Assembly: GCF_001194135.2 (NCBI RefSeq)
Contig: NC_068994.1
Span: forward strand, 1,557,988 to 1,621,987
Source: Octopus bimaculoides
Taxonomy: Eukaryota
Direction: 5' to 3'
Length of the DNA: 64,000 nt
The notes under the pieces are model-generated. The model made no database searches and was not told the origin of the DNA. It worked only from the letters and a program-made list of their open reading frames with translations. The position numbers and the translations under genes are program-made. Shown here piece after piece: positions 1 through 15,442 of the stretch (its first letter is position 1; every line of letters starts with the position of its first letter).

Positions 1-2500
<2,500 letters not shown>

Positions 2501-4559
2501 AATGATTGGGATGAGGATGGGGGAAGGGCTTGAGGGCAAAACATGAAAAAAAAAAACAAAATAACTGTTGGCCCCTTCTTCTTCTTGCTGTTGTTCTTGT
2601 TCTCTTTCTTCTTCTTTTTTCTACTGTGTGTGCGTGTAGGAGTGTTGGTCGTTGCTGTTGTGGTGTTAATTCATTTCCTCANNNNNNNNNNNNNNNNNNN
2701 NNNNNNNNNNNNNNNNNNNNNNNNNNNNNNNNNNNNNNNNNNNNNNNNNNNNNNNNNNNNNNNNNNNNNNNNNNNNNNNNNNNNNNNNNNNNNNNNNNNN
2801 NNNNNNNNNNNNNNNNNNNNNNNNNNNNNNNNNNNNNNNNNNNNNNNNNNNNNNNNNNNNNNNNNNNNNNNNNNNNNNNNNNNNNNNNNNNNNNNNNNNN
2901 NNNNNNNNNNNNNNNNNNNNNNNNNNNNNNNNNNNNNNNNNNNNNNNNNNNNNNNNNNNNNNNNNNNNNNNNNNNNNNNNNNNNNNNNNNNNNNNNNNNN
3001 NNNNNNNNNNNNNNNNNNNNNNNNNNNNNNNNNNNNNNNNNNNNNNNNNNNNNNNNNNNNNNNNNNNNNNNNNNNNNNNAAGACAACATTTTAGGTGATG
3101 TGTCTTTCTCCATTCAAAACAATGGGGTGTGATTTGAGGACAATTTGACTGCCGTTTCCAGCAGATCTGCCCACATAGAAGTGCTGTTGCCAAAGCTGAT
3201 GACCAGAGATTAAGCAACAACAACAACAACACCACTACCGCCAACACTAACCCTACACCCTCGACTGCCACCGTCGCCATGACCACAACCACCACCACCA
3301 CTACCACCACCACCACCAACACCACCACTACTACCAACACCAACACCACCACCACCACCGCTGTAAAAAATAATAGAGAAAACAAAGGGAAAAACAAAAT
3401 GTTGTTTTGGTGTCCAAATGTGGGGCGGGGGGAAGGTTTTTGTCATGGTTTCTGGACACAAAAACCACAAGAACAACAAAAAAAATACAACAAAGAAATA
3501 ACGAAAACAACATGTGTGGATGTGTGTGTGCGTGTGTGGATCTGGATGTATGTTAATGGGGGGGTTGAGGAGTAAGAATAGGAGGTGGAGGAGGAGGAGG
3601 GGAAACAGGCAGGTTAAAAAAAGAAAAAAAAGAGGGGGATGTGTAGTGAGTGTGCTATGTGGGGGGAAGGAGATAGGAAGATGAAAGAGGAAGGAACAGG
3701 GGTGGGGGTAGAGATGAATATATGAATGAAAGGGTTGGATGAATGAAAAGGGTTGGATGTATAAAAAAGAGAAGTCTTGGGACTTATTGCTATAGACTAA
3801 ACCTTACTAGAGAAACCCACTAGTGTTTAGGTGGATTCTGCCTACGGTCACCAAGGTGTCACCTTCTAAAGGATCACACTTTGGGAAAACAATGTCTTCT
3901 TTTTAAATTTATTTTTGGGGTTTATTATTAGTATTATTAACATTTTTTTGTATTTTTGTTTAATTTTCTTTTTTTTTAATATGTGTGTTTATTTCTTTAC
4001 ATGACAATATATAAAAAGAATGGAAACCATGGAATTTGAAACCTTCAAAGCTAGACTTAAATAATGATAGAATTCTTCTGCACTATGTTGGTCTTGTTTA
4101 ATAAGGGCAGGAAATGAAATGGCATATTAGACAACAGCAACAGAAATAACAACATCAACAGTTATAATAATAATAATAATAATAGTAATAATAATAATAA
4201 TAATAATAATGATAATAATGATAATAATAATGGCAACAATATCACATGAGTGATAACTGCTTGGTCAGGCATGACTATTAGCAATCAGTCAAGCGTGACT
4301 TGTAATGATGTATACAGGGTCTCAAGGAAGAAACATTGAGCTTTTAGTTAACAAAAGTTCAGCAGGGTGTGGGGTTGCCAAAGAGGTTTTTGGGGGTATG
4401 TAGGAAGCTGACATGACAGTATGGGTATAAGGGTGGGTAAGGAAGCTTGCATTTTGCCACAGTTTCATTGGAACAAAATAAACACCCTGTGAAGCCAATG
4501 AATTTGAAGTTTAAAAACCAAAACACCTCAGTTGGCAACGATCTCTAATATGAAAGGTT

Positions 4560-5050
4560 TATGGTAAATAAAACAATTTTCCCATGAAAAACAATTTGTT
4601 TCTTCCCCCCCCCCCCTGGGGTCTACCCAAGGAACATTAAAACAATATCGACTTATTCAGTTCTTTGCAAAACAACTTATCTTATCAAGGATATATTATA
4701 AAACAATTTATATTCCCAGGTGTTTATTTAAAACAACTCATATGTCCCTTGCAGGTTAATAATATTAAAACAACTAATGCTTCACAGGGTTTCCTGTAAA
4801 ACAAATTATGTCACTAGGGGTTAATTATTTTAAAAACAATCATATTTTAAAACAGCTTATGGTCCCAAGAGTTTGCTGTCTAACAACCCATGTCTCTAGG
4901 GGTCAATTATATTAAACAACTCAGATTATATTCTCAAGGGTGTGTTTTGAAACAAGTTACGTTCCCAAGGTTTTGTTCTTAAACAACTTCTGTGATCCTA
5001 TGGGGTAAATATATTAAACACTTATGTCCCCAAGGGTCTCTAATAAAAGC
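4560..5050. repeat. Degenerate minisatellite with a ~30-37 bp unit (aaaacaacttatgtccccaagggt...att), about 14 copies
   Basis: The AAACAA core recurs about every 30-37 bp, followed by ttatgtc and aggg/agggg. Confidence 0.75.
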
Positions 5051-5892
5051 CCCTCATGAAGGTTCATTATATAATAATGCATATCCCCAATGGTTTGGGA
5101 TTAAAAAAAATAGGGAGATGTGTGAATGAATAATGGTGGGTGGCCATGTTAGGATTTATCGTTGAATGTCAGGGTATTTTGTCATTTCTGATGGGGATTT
5201 GTTAAACAGGATTGCAGACAGAGCCTTATTTTTTCGAAGTCCTTGTTGGAAGCTGAAAAAAAAGAGAAAAACGTTAAGAAGTCCTCCATTGAAAAAAACT
5301 GTTTTCAAGTGAAGAAAACTCCAAACTACCCCATGGTACTCCATGGTACTCCATGGTACACTATATCATAATCTAACACGGGGTATTATAATCACAGCAG
5401 AGTGTATTGTGCTACAGCATACAATAGCATACCATGCCATACCATACCATACTGCATGATATCATGTCATACCATTATATATCACACCATGGGGCCATGC
5501 CATAAACATACCTCACTAAAGAATACATCAGCAGAACCTTGTACAAATACGGTTTCACCTACATACACTCACATATATACACATACATGTACACACAGGC
5601 ACACATGCACACACAAGTTTAAGAAAATTGATCTTTGTTACTTTCATCAATAAATAATCTAGCCTTTTGACTAACTACAAACTCATTGTACTGTAGTAAA
5701 TGGTCAAGTATTCCACAGCCATATATATAGGTGCTCTGAATGTAATCTTCTCACAGTATCAATATGACAGAGTGTGTCACAAATTTAACCATTTCATTTG
5801 CAAGTAGAGTCCATCCAGAGGGCTTCCCCATTGTTTCCTTACTCCGTGTTTCGCTTACAACAGTTGGGTATGACCAGAGACATACATATATT

Positions 5893-5956
<64 letters not shown>

Positions 5957-6039
5957 TTTCCACATGCACACACATATATATGCACGTGTATATATACAAA
6001 GTGGCTATAGTGAAATGCTGGCCTTCAAATTGAAATGAG

Positions 6040-6366
6040 CAATTTGTACCAAATGCCGAGGCCTATTGTCAAAGCACGTGATATTATTGCACAACAATGC
6101 ACACCCACATACGGCCACTCTCAGTGCTGAAACCATTGGAAAAATTGAGTTTCAAGTTGCTGGAACACCCGGGGACAATCCAGATTTCAACCGTTCTGGC
6201 TATCACCTCTTTGAGCGACTCAAACATCCTTTACAAGATGGATGAAGAAGAGTAAGAAGCAGTGCATAGATGGCAGCACGATCAGCCATAAACCTTTTTC
6301 TCTGATGGAAGATGCCAGTTTGTGATCTGCTGGAAGAACTGAATCGAAAAGCCAAACGACGATGTT
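6040..6366 (+). mobile_element. Decayed mariner (IS630-Tc1-mariner) transposase 3' fragment
   Basis: Frameshifted translation resembles GLLSKxVILLHxNAxPHTA...TIxKLxFxxLEHPxxxPDxxxSxYHLFxxLK...DEExxEAVHxWxxxQPxTFFSDG...WKxxIEK, the mariner C-terminal catalytic region. Confidence 0.8.
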
Positions 6367-6714
6367 GCTCTCTTTTTACCCCTCACCTAGATAAATGTTG
6401 GGACAACAATGAGATGACCATCACCTCCAAAAGTAGTGCAACTCTACACTTGCTCATCATCACAAATCTTTTGCTAGATCAATGCTGACCCAAGACTGAA
6501 GTCGCTCATCCTTTTGAAGGGCTCCCTTTTTTTTTTTTTTTTTTGCTCTCCTGGGTTTTTTTCTAGTAATTCCCTTCACCTCTGGCGGGTAGGTGATTGG
6601 GGCAGGGGGTGGGAAGTGCCAGTTTGGCTGCTGACCACCCCTCACCATCCGACTCAAATTGTACTGGATTGCGTTAACCACAGCAGCACTCAGAACACAC
6701 ACACATGCGTGCAT
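6364..6714 (+). repeat. ~350-bp repeat, copy 1 (inverted partner at 41352-41714)
   Basis: Reverse complement of 41352-41714, with about 6 substitutions plus poly-T and (CA)n length differences by manual alignment. Confidence 0.95.
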
Positions 6715-7459
6715 TCATACACACACACACAAGGTCACCAGTGAGGTTGATGTGATATATATTTAGTTTGAACTTCTGAAGTTTAGTGTAGGTGTAAAAA
6801 AAAATCCTGGGGTAGGAAGGGACTTCCAAACAAATCTTAGTAGTGGGCAGAAAGGATCGGTTCCTTATTTAATTTGGGATGTGAGGGGTGCAGACAATAA
6901 ATTAAGAGCAGGACTCTCATGGGGTTTGGGATGAGCAAACAGGGGTTTTATAAATTCACTGAACAAAATCAGGGGACAAGTGAGAAGGTTTAGTAGCAAG
7001 AGTTGATTAAAGGTGGATTAAGCCTGACTGAGCCAAACTTTGAAGAAAAGACTTCCAGTTATGGCTATCCCTGCTCTCTTCTAGCCACTTAACATATCTA
7101 CAACTACCTTTGCCAGTGTGTCACTTCTCTTTGTCGACAGTAGAGAGTAATCAGAGAGTAATCTGAATTGATCCAACAGCTGTGTGGAGGCTGTAGGGGC
7201 TCCAACAGGCTCTGATTTCGGTCAGTAGTCAAAGCCACAGCACCATCCTATATACATTATTAGCATGGCATGTGGGTCTTAGTAAAGGGTCAGAAGGTGG
7301 CCAGCAAGTGGCTAGTAAATGGTCACTAAATGGTCAGTAAGTGATCAGTCGGTGGTTAGTAGGTGGTCAATAACTGAAGCAATTTCTGACACTGAAGAAG
7401 CAACCTGTTCTCTGGGATGTGCATCAATCCATTGATGATGGATGAACTCCACAACTTTG

Positions 7460-7670
7460 ATTGGCTTTCATGTTTGCAGATGGCTAATGAGATCAATTCT
7501 GGCCCTGATATAATAATGATTACATGTAGCATACATGTGACTGATGGTTTCATTTGAGGTTTTGGTTAACCAGACTCTGTGAAATATACCTTTACTTTCT
7601 GCTGCCTGAAGGCATGTCTCTTGTGAAGATTTAACGCCCTTTACAATTGACTGGGGATGCACAATAGGGG
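7460..7670 (-). mobile_element. RTE-clade LINE ORF2 3' end remnant
   Basis: ORF 7468..7662 reads SIVKGVKSSQETCLQAAESK...CNHYYIRARIDLISHLQT, matching the RTE C-terminal C..C..RARIGLISHLRTH motif. Confidence 0.65.
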
Positions 7671-9562
7671 ACCATTATGAGCCAGCAGTTTCTAGGATTC
7701 TGTCTTTCAATATTACAAAAGCCTATCCTCCTTCCGTGTTTCTTCTGGCCATAACTCGCCTTCCTCTTCTCTACATCAAATTCCTCACAATGGAATTATT
7801 TCGGTGTGACATATTGTGCATCCAGATGATGTCATTGGTCCAACTAAGCTGGTTCTTTTGCAACCAAAGTATTGAGGAATTCCAGCTATGGGAGCACTTC
7901 TATGCTTGGAACCTTGCCCTGCCATTTATTGTGGGATTGTCTGTGAAGACACGGAATAGAAGTGTAGAATTTGAGGAAACAGATGGTAGTTTGTGTCAGC
8001 AGAAAGTAAGAGAAATTATTGAAACTTTGGAAGAGATTGAATAGCACGAAGAAGGAAGGAAATAGAAACTTCTGGGGACACAATTTGTTTTTGTTTTTTT
8101 TTCAGGGAGAAAATAAATATCAAGTAGTGATGAAAGATATAAATATATATACAGGAAGAGGTTATTGTTTGAGATATGTTTCTGGTAATGTTATTAAGGG
8201 GGTAGCGGCCATGAGGAAACAAAAGAATCACAAGGACTAGCATTGGTAGTGACATTAAAGATTTTATTTCAGTTATTTTTCTGTCAAGACAAGGGAGGGG
8301 TTTGTGTGACTGTTTCTCAATCTGGGTTTCAGTCTTTGTTCTGCTGTAGAAAAAAAAATGTGGTCCAGAAGATATTAGATACTTTTGAGTTTGATAACAT
8401 TTGTAATAGATATTTCTGAGTGTGATAACATGTATATTACATACTGATTTCTACCATAGGCACAAGGCTTGACATTTTAATGGGGAGGGTGGATTAAACG
8501 AAGATCATTACATGACTGGTATTTTATAAATCAAGCTGCTGGGAAGGAGGAATATCCAAATAGACCTCAGCAGGATTTGAACTTGGAACATAAAGGGCCA
8601 AAACAAAATACCACAGGGCACTTTATTTGATGTTCTAACAATTTCAGCCAAGCCATTCTATATACTAAGGAATAAATAGCAAAGAAATAAAGTTGTGTTA
8701 TGTGAGGGACAACTTGATATTTCTAGGGGACAAACAGTGACAAAGCATTGACTATTGGCTGGAACAGGCTACAGCAGCCACACCTAGTGGACGACAAAGG
8801 AGGTAGTTTCAGAACAAGGAATAGAAATTGGAAGGAATTAGGTAAGAAGGGACTAAATCTAACATCTTGGAGATAAATATTTGATACATTTCAGCTGAGT
8901 GTTGGTAAGGATGAGGAGCAGCACATGGCTAAGGGGTCAGAAACTGGAAGGAGATGGGAATGATGATGCTGTTTGCTAATGTTATATATTATGGGGTAGT
9001 TGGGGGACTAAACACTATGCCAGGGGCAGAGTGGGACTACGGGAGTCATTTCTCTGGAAGAACATTGGTGGAGCAAGGGGAAATGGTGAATGTGAGAGTG
9101 TTACTATGAGGAGTTTCACAACAATGTGTATTAATTAGGCAGGGAGATAATGGAAAATAATGAGTGATGTGATTAATGATTGATCAACTTTAATGATAAC
9201 AAGAAACAATGAAAGTACGAAGACAGTTTGACTGACATACGATGATATTCCTTTCACTGGTGAAGAAGTTTCACATCATAACAATGGGGTTTTAAGTTCA
9301 GTCCCACTGAGGGGCACCTTAAACAAGTATCTTCTTTCATAGCTTTGCACCAACCAAAATCTTGTGTGGAATTTGGTCAGCGAAAACTGTGTAGAAGCCA
9401 ACCAAGAGAATTATTCCTTTTCTTGGGTGGTTTAATACCACTAGTGGCCTTCTAGCAGAGTGTGTGCCAGCATTTGGGTAAGGTTCCTATCCACCCTTGC
9501 CCATCATGCTCTGAGGCCATACATATGCTCTCGGGCAGTTCCTGCCTTTTCTATCTAAACCA

Positions 9563-9593
<31 letters not shown>

Positions 9594-12500
9594 GCTTGTT
9601 CCAGAAGGTGTTTGTAGAACTGATTAGTACAAAGCAGGTACCAACTGGTAGGGGTGGGATGGGGTAAATACTGGACCCAAATCACAAGATTAAACAATAA
9701 AGGTATTTAAAGTGGGAAAATAATAGTGGACGGCAGAAGTGGGTTCAATATCACAGAATGTCGGTTATATTACTGTACGTCAATGGAAATATATATTTGG
9801 TGGAACAACATTTATAGAAATTAGGGAATTGAAAACATTCAGCATAGAAGTGACCTTTGACTTGGTCCTTTAACAATGTAAAACAACAAGAATACATTAA
9901 AGGGTGGGTTGGATGGGAAACAGTTAAAACCAGGAGGACAAAGGTCAACAAAAGTCAGTATGGAATTTAATAGAGGGACAATTAATTGCCCCTTTTTCTT
10001 CATCCTAATACTGAATACAACCACATGGAGGTTCAGAATATAATGCAGGGGGGTGACTATGGGGGCAGCATTTCTAGCTAGGTTCAGTTCATTGTTGTAG
10101 GGGACACAACCACTTTGGGATTCAGGGTTGGAAGACAAGGAGAACTTCTGAACGCTGATGGAATTGGTTATGCAGAAGGTGCAACGGGACAAACAGAAAG
10201 AGTGCATCAGATGCACCAACAGAAAATACCAGCAACAATGATGCACTTTTGAACCAGGTCAAAGGTGAACGCCAAATGGCAAGACACATTTACAAATGTG
10301 GGGTCTAATAGAAGAATCAACAAAAGAAGTAAATGAAGATGATAACAACAACAATGATGATGATGATGATGATGATGACAATGACGATGCAATGACTGTG
10401 TTAATGTTGTTTATGATGATGATGATGATAATTGCAATGGTGATGACAATGACAATAGTGATGATGATGATCATGTCGATGATGATGATGATGATGGGGT
10501 TCTTAACTGGTCATATAGTATGAGGTAACCGTACACAACTGCAGAGTGTCCTCCTTCACTCACTCCAATGTTTGTTATTACAATAGGACTGTGGAGTGCG
10601 CACTTATACTCCACTCCAATTTTGGATACTTCTATACAACTTACAGAGTACGTACTTCCACTCAAATGTTTGTTATTTGCATGGGACCCAAAAGTGAAAG
10701 AGCAGCAATTGGGGCTATTACTGTTGTTTAGCCCCTGGTCAGCACTGATTAAACTTATTTACAAAGACATTCCAACCACGACCATTTCCTGTGGCTGCTG
10801 TTTGATAGAAACGAGGCCACCATTCCTATCATGTCATTGGAGCTCCCTGATGGATTTGTTGCTGATCACCATTGGTCAGCTCTGGTCAAGCAGAACCATG
10901 TTACTGTGCAGGGACCACTAAAGGAACTCTTACGATTCCACTTTAACAAGGGGCCATTGACAGACACAATTTGTGTTAACCACAGATTAGAGTATGTTTG
11001 TGTGTGTGTGGACATATATACGTATGTATGTATGTATGTATGTATGTATGTATGTATGTATGTATGTATGTATGGAGCAATCAGCTGTAATGATGTGATG
11101 TCATAGGAGCTGAGGTTGCCATTCATGAGATAAATGGTATAAAAAACAAAACCAAGAGTATGGCAATGACAGTTGACATAAAAGAGTATCCAGAGTTTGG
11201 TAGCAAGTTAGTTGTAGGAATGTTTTGTTTTGTTTTTTTTTTCTCTTTTTTTTTAAAAAAAAAATGTTTGTAATTAAAAATGTCAGCAGATAACTACAAT
11301 TAGAAACAGAATAAGGAACAACAACAGCAGTCTTTTTTTTCTTTTCCTCCCACATGGTATTGACCCTGAACCTTTGGGATCACTTCTGCCCAATTTAAAA
11401 AAACCCGTCACACTAAACCTACAAGTGGTTCAGTCGGTATTAAATATTTATAAAATAAACATTAATTAGCTAATTAAAAATAATTATTTAATAAGGAAAA
11501 GACCATATTAATTAAAAGACTAACAGTTATTTCAGCAAGCAGGCCACATAACTCAGACAAGTTCCAGTCTTATTAGACCTTATAATGTAGTCATTAGAAT
11601 ATCACATAAAAATTTGACATTAGTTCCTCCCTTTTATACTCTATCAAGGCTTGACAATACCTTTCATCCAACAAGTGATTAATAAAATATATACCAGTCA
11701 TATACTGAGGGAAACACACCAACAATACCATCATCGCACCCCCACCAAAATTTGTGGTCTTGTTATAAAATGTTAAAATCAATATTATAATTATTGTTAT
11801 TGAGTGAGAGAGCAGTGCATGCCATCAAAAGGACACTGGTGTACAAACATATGAAGCCCAAGGTACCCATCATAACTACCCGTCTGATAAGGGGTACACC
11901 AGGCACATGCATCACAACCATATGTGTGTGACATAGTGACCTCATATCAAGATAAACAGCACACATGACTTTGCAGTTGGGGGGGGGGGGGCTCTCTTAA
12001 AATTTTCTTCAGGTTGAATAGACCATCTCACTCAAAAGATTCCTGAAGGAGGGTTGTTTTAGGATGTTGAATAAAACACCCATGTTTCCAGAGGTGAATT
12101 ATTCAAACCCCAAAGAATTCTTCTCAACACATGGCTATGATGCTCCCCCCACTACTTCTGCTTGTGATCAGAGATACACATATCATCAGCCACTAGGGGA
12201 CACTCTACTGGTTAGGGTCAAACAACTGACAAGAAATTCTGTGGGGTTAAGCAGAATATTTGCTGTAGCCCATCTTTTATGCCAAGAAATGTACAGGATA
12301 ACACTTCAAATCAATTAAGGATGAGAAGTCATGAGAGCCATTGCCTGGTTCTGCATCAGGACATTTCTTCTTCTTCTTCTTCTTATTATTATCATCATTG
12401 TATTGCATTGTATCACATCACTACAATACTCTGAGATCAATTTCCACCATGTCTGATTCCCTTTCTACCCTTCCAGGTTCAAGAAAATAGAACTCAATTG

Positions 12501-13578
12501 AATTCTGGGATTGATTCAATTAACTGATTCCCTCACTGTCAACCAATTCATGTCAGTACATTAAGAATCATTATTCATCCAAATATTTTTGCATCATTGA
12601 AGATTTAGTGGTTGTAATTGTCCAACTTTACATTCTTTGTATAAACATTTCTTAATTCCGTCTGTCATCTTTTGCTTTCTTTCTTTCGGTTTTGTTTTCA
12701 AATAATTCATAGTGAGTCAAATAAAATAAGATGGAGTTTTTAAAGAATTTTTACTAATCCCAGAAGATAAAAGATAAGGAGTCAACCAACTATTTCAAGC
12801 AACAAAATTAAATTTTATGTACACACACACACATATATGCATGCACATATGCACACACACACAAATATATATATATATACACAAATACGTATACATATAT
12901 ATGAACTTTGATGATGTGAAGATCCAATTAACACCTCAAGCTAGAATTATATAATTCATCTTTTTATTCAACACTGACACCGATGTACGAATGATCCACA
13001 GCCTGGTTTCCTTAACCTGGAACCACAAAGGCACGAGTTTAAAGACCATAAATAAAGGACATACCTATAACTGAACAAAGTGTCTCCATCGTAACATATA
13101 CTTATTTTTTGAAATAATTGTTGGGGCGGGGGACAAGATAGAATTAAAGACATCATCCGCCACCCCCTTTTCACTAATCTCCCTCTAACACATTGACTTG
13201 TAACAAAAGTATAAGACCACACAGTTTTTGTTATTGTGGGCAGCTTTTGGTAATCAAATTTAACCCCAATATATATCTGGTATTTATTCATAGTAGTGAT
13301 GTTGGAACAGAGAAAGGTATGTCAACCATGATGTTAAAATATTAACCAAGAAACGAGCTTGTTGTTGATGTTGTTTGTGTTGTTGCTGTTGTTGTTATTG
13401 TTGCCTTTATTGTTGTTGTAGTTGTTTCAATTGTTGTTGTTGTTGTTGTTGTTCAGGTATTTAATAGATGAATATCACCCAGTTCTTTGTTGTCTTGAAG
13501 TGTCGTCTGAAACTGTCCAGTTTTTTAAATTTTTTTATCACCAACAGACCAGGTCAGGTTGAGACAGAGTCTTTTTTC

Positions 13579-13618
<40 letters not shown>

Positions 13619-14240
13619 TTAGTAGTAGTTGTTGTTGTTGGTGGTGTTGGTGTTGTTGATATTGTAGTTAAGTAAGCTCAGTCAGTTTCGGTCAAACTGA
13701 CCGATGGAAGGGAAGTAGGAACCTACTATGGAACGTCTTGGAAAGTTGGTCACTTGTATTCCATGGTTTTACCAGCAACGGGCAGGGATAGGTTGCTGCC
13801 GAGTCTAGCTTGTGGTAGATGGTTGTTGTTGTGGTTGAAGTTGGGTAGCCCCGGTCAGCCCTGCTCAAGTAGACCTGTGGTGGGTAAAACACTGGAGTAA
13901 GTCTGACCTACCTCATCACAGATGCCCTACCCATAATATATACATACTCCACACACACACATACACCAACACTGCATTCATCATCATCATCACCACCACC
14001 ACCACCACCACTACCATCACCACCAGCACCAGCACCACCACCATCACCATCATCATCATCATTGCCATTTCTGGATTCCCAAATGAATTCGAGTGGATCT
14101 GTTCCACACAGTATATTGTATGCAATAGTTGTAGAAAGTCCCACCACCATCTTCTATAAACAAGCACTCTCTCTTTCACATTCTCTCTTCTCTCTCTCTC
14201 TCTCTCTTTCTTCAGTCCTTATATGTAATTGAAGTCTTCG

Positions 14241-14480
14241 TACAGGTGGAACATTGCTTGCAAAGGTGCAAAATGGTTCACACCAGAGAAAAACTGCTCA
14301 CGCAGGTGCAACATTGTTTACAGAGGTGCCACATTGCTCATACAGGTGGAAAATTACTCATACAGGTGCAACATTGTTCACACAGGTGGACCATTGCTCA
14401 CATAGGTGCAACATTGCTCACACAGTGCACAGGTGCAACATTGCTCAAAAAGGTGGGACAGACCACACAAAGGTGTAACA
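14241..14480. repeat. 20-bp tandem repeat (acaggtgcaacattgctcac), about 11 copies, with degenerate extension to ~14730
   Basis: Direct 20-bp periodicity is visible, e.g. units at 14341, 14361, 14381, 14401. Confidence 0.9.
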
Positions 14481-15433
14481 TTCATTGTGCATATCTAACA
14501 TTCTCAACAACAGTGCAACTGGCTCCACACACCTATGACATCATTCACAGGTGTGTGACTGTCTACATTCCTACCCAGGTCATCACACAGGTGTGACTGT
14601 CTCCACGCAGAATGGTTTATATCCACACATGTTTGACATTCTCCAAGCAACTGCAGCATTACCATAAGTAAAGGGTCTCAATATAGCTGTGTAACCTGTT
14701 ACAGGTGTGTCCCTTGTCACACAGGTGTAACAATTCTCATATGGGTGTGAATCACAACACAGATTTTTTTAACCCAACAACACTAAATGCTGCCAACACG
14801 TTTGTACCCCTATAAAATCCCACATTTACAATATATAAGGCAGATTGGCAGAGATGTTAGAGCACTGGATAACATGCCTTGTGGTATTTCTTTCAACTCT
14901 TTATGTTCTGAGTTCAAACCCCACCAAAGTAAGTTTTGCCTTTCATCCGTTCAGGACCGATAACGATACACTAAATCCTGTAGAATGAGTTGGAGAAACT
15001 GTTAGAGGATGGGACATGATACCTTGTGGTATTTGATCCCTCCCTCTGTGTTCTGACAGCAACACATGTGACCACACACTAGTACCAACCTGTATCAACT
15101 TTTCCCTTGTATAAACATCGGTGATGAAGAGGGGTGGATGGGGGGGGAGACTTGTATGTTTGGACAACTGACCGTCTTCCGCACAAAATATTCTCCAGGC
15201 TTGCACACGCATGTGTTGGGGCATGGTATACCTTGACCAATGGAAACCCCATAGAGATACACATTTACTCAACAACAACAACTCACGTCTATTTCTGGCA
15301 AGTTGTCCTCGATCTCACAATACAATCTACAAAGATATCTTGCAAAAGCTCATAGTCACCAGTCTCAAATACTGCAACACTTCAGGCCATAACAAGCTTA
15401 TTATTGATATCACAACAAACTACTGAAGACATC

Positions 15434-15442
15434 ACTTACCAG
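15434..15442 (-). promoter_or_regulatory. 5' splice donor of the Pcdh large exon
   Basis: Minus strand CTG|GTAAGT, a consensus donor lying 9 codons before the in-frame stop. Confidence 0.8.

Noticed and set aside
5330-5500. (CCATGGTACT)x3 and (TACCA)n repeats
   Set aside because: Short simple tandem repeats with no further structure.
7468-7662. Possible Pcdh cytoplasmic exon
   Set aside because: The peptide matches the RTE LINE C-terminal RARIxLISHL motif instead.
13058-13080. 6-nt microexon cag|TTATAG|gtatgt on the minus strand
   Set aside because: Weak polypyrimidine tract, and it would introduce a stop before a further intron. Likely chance.
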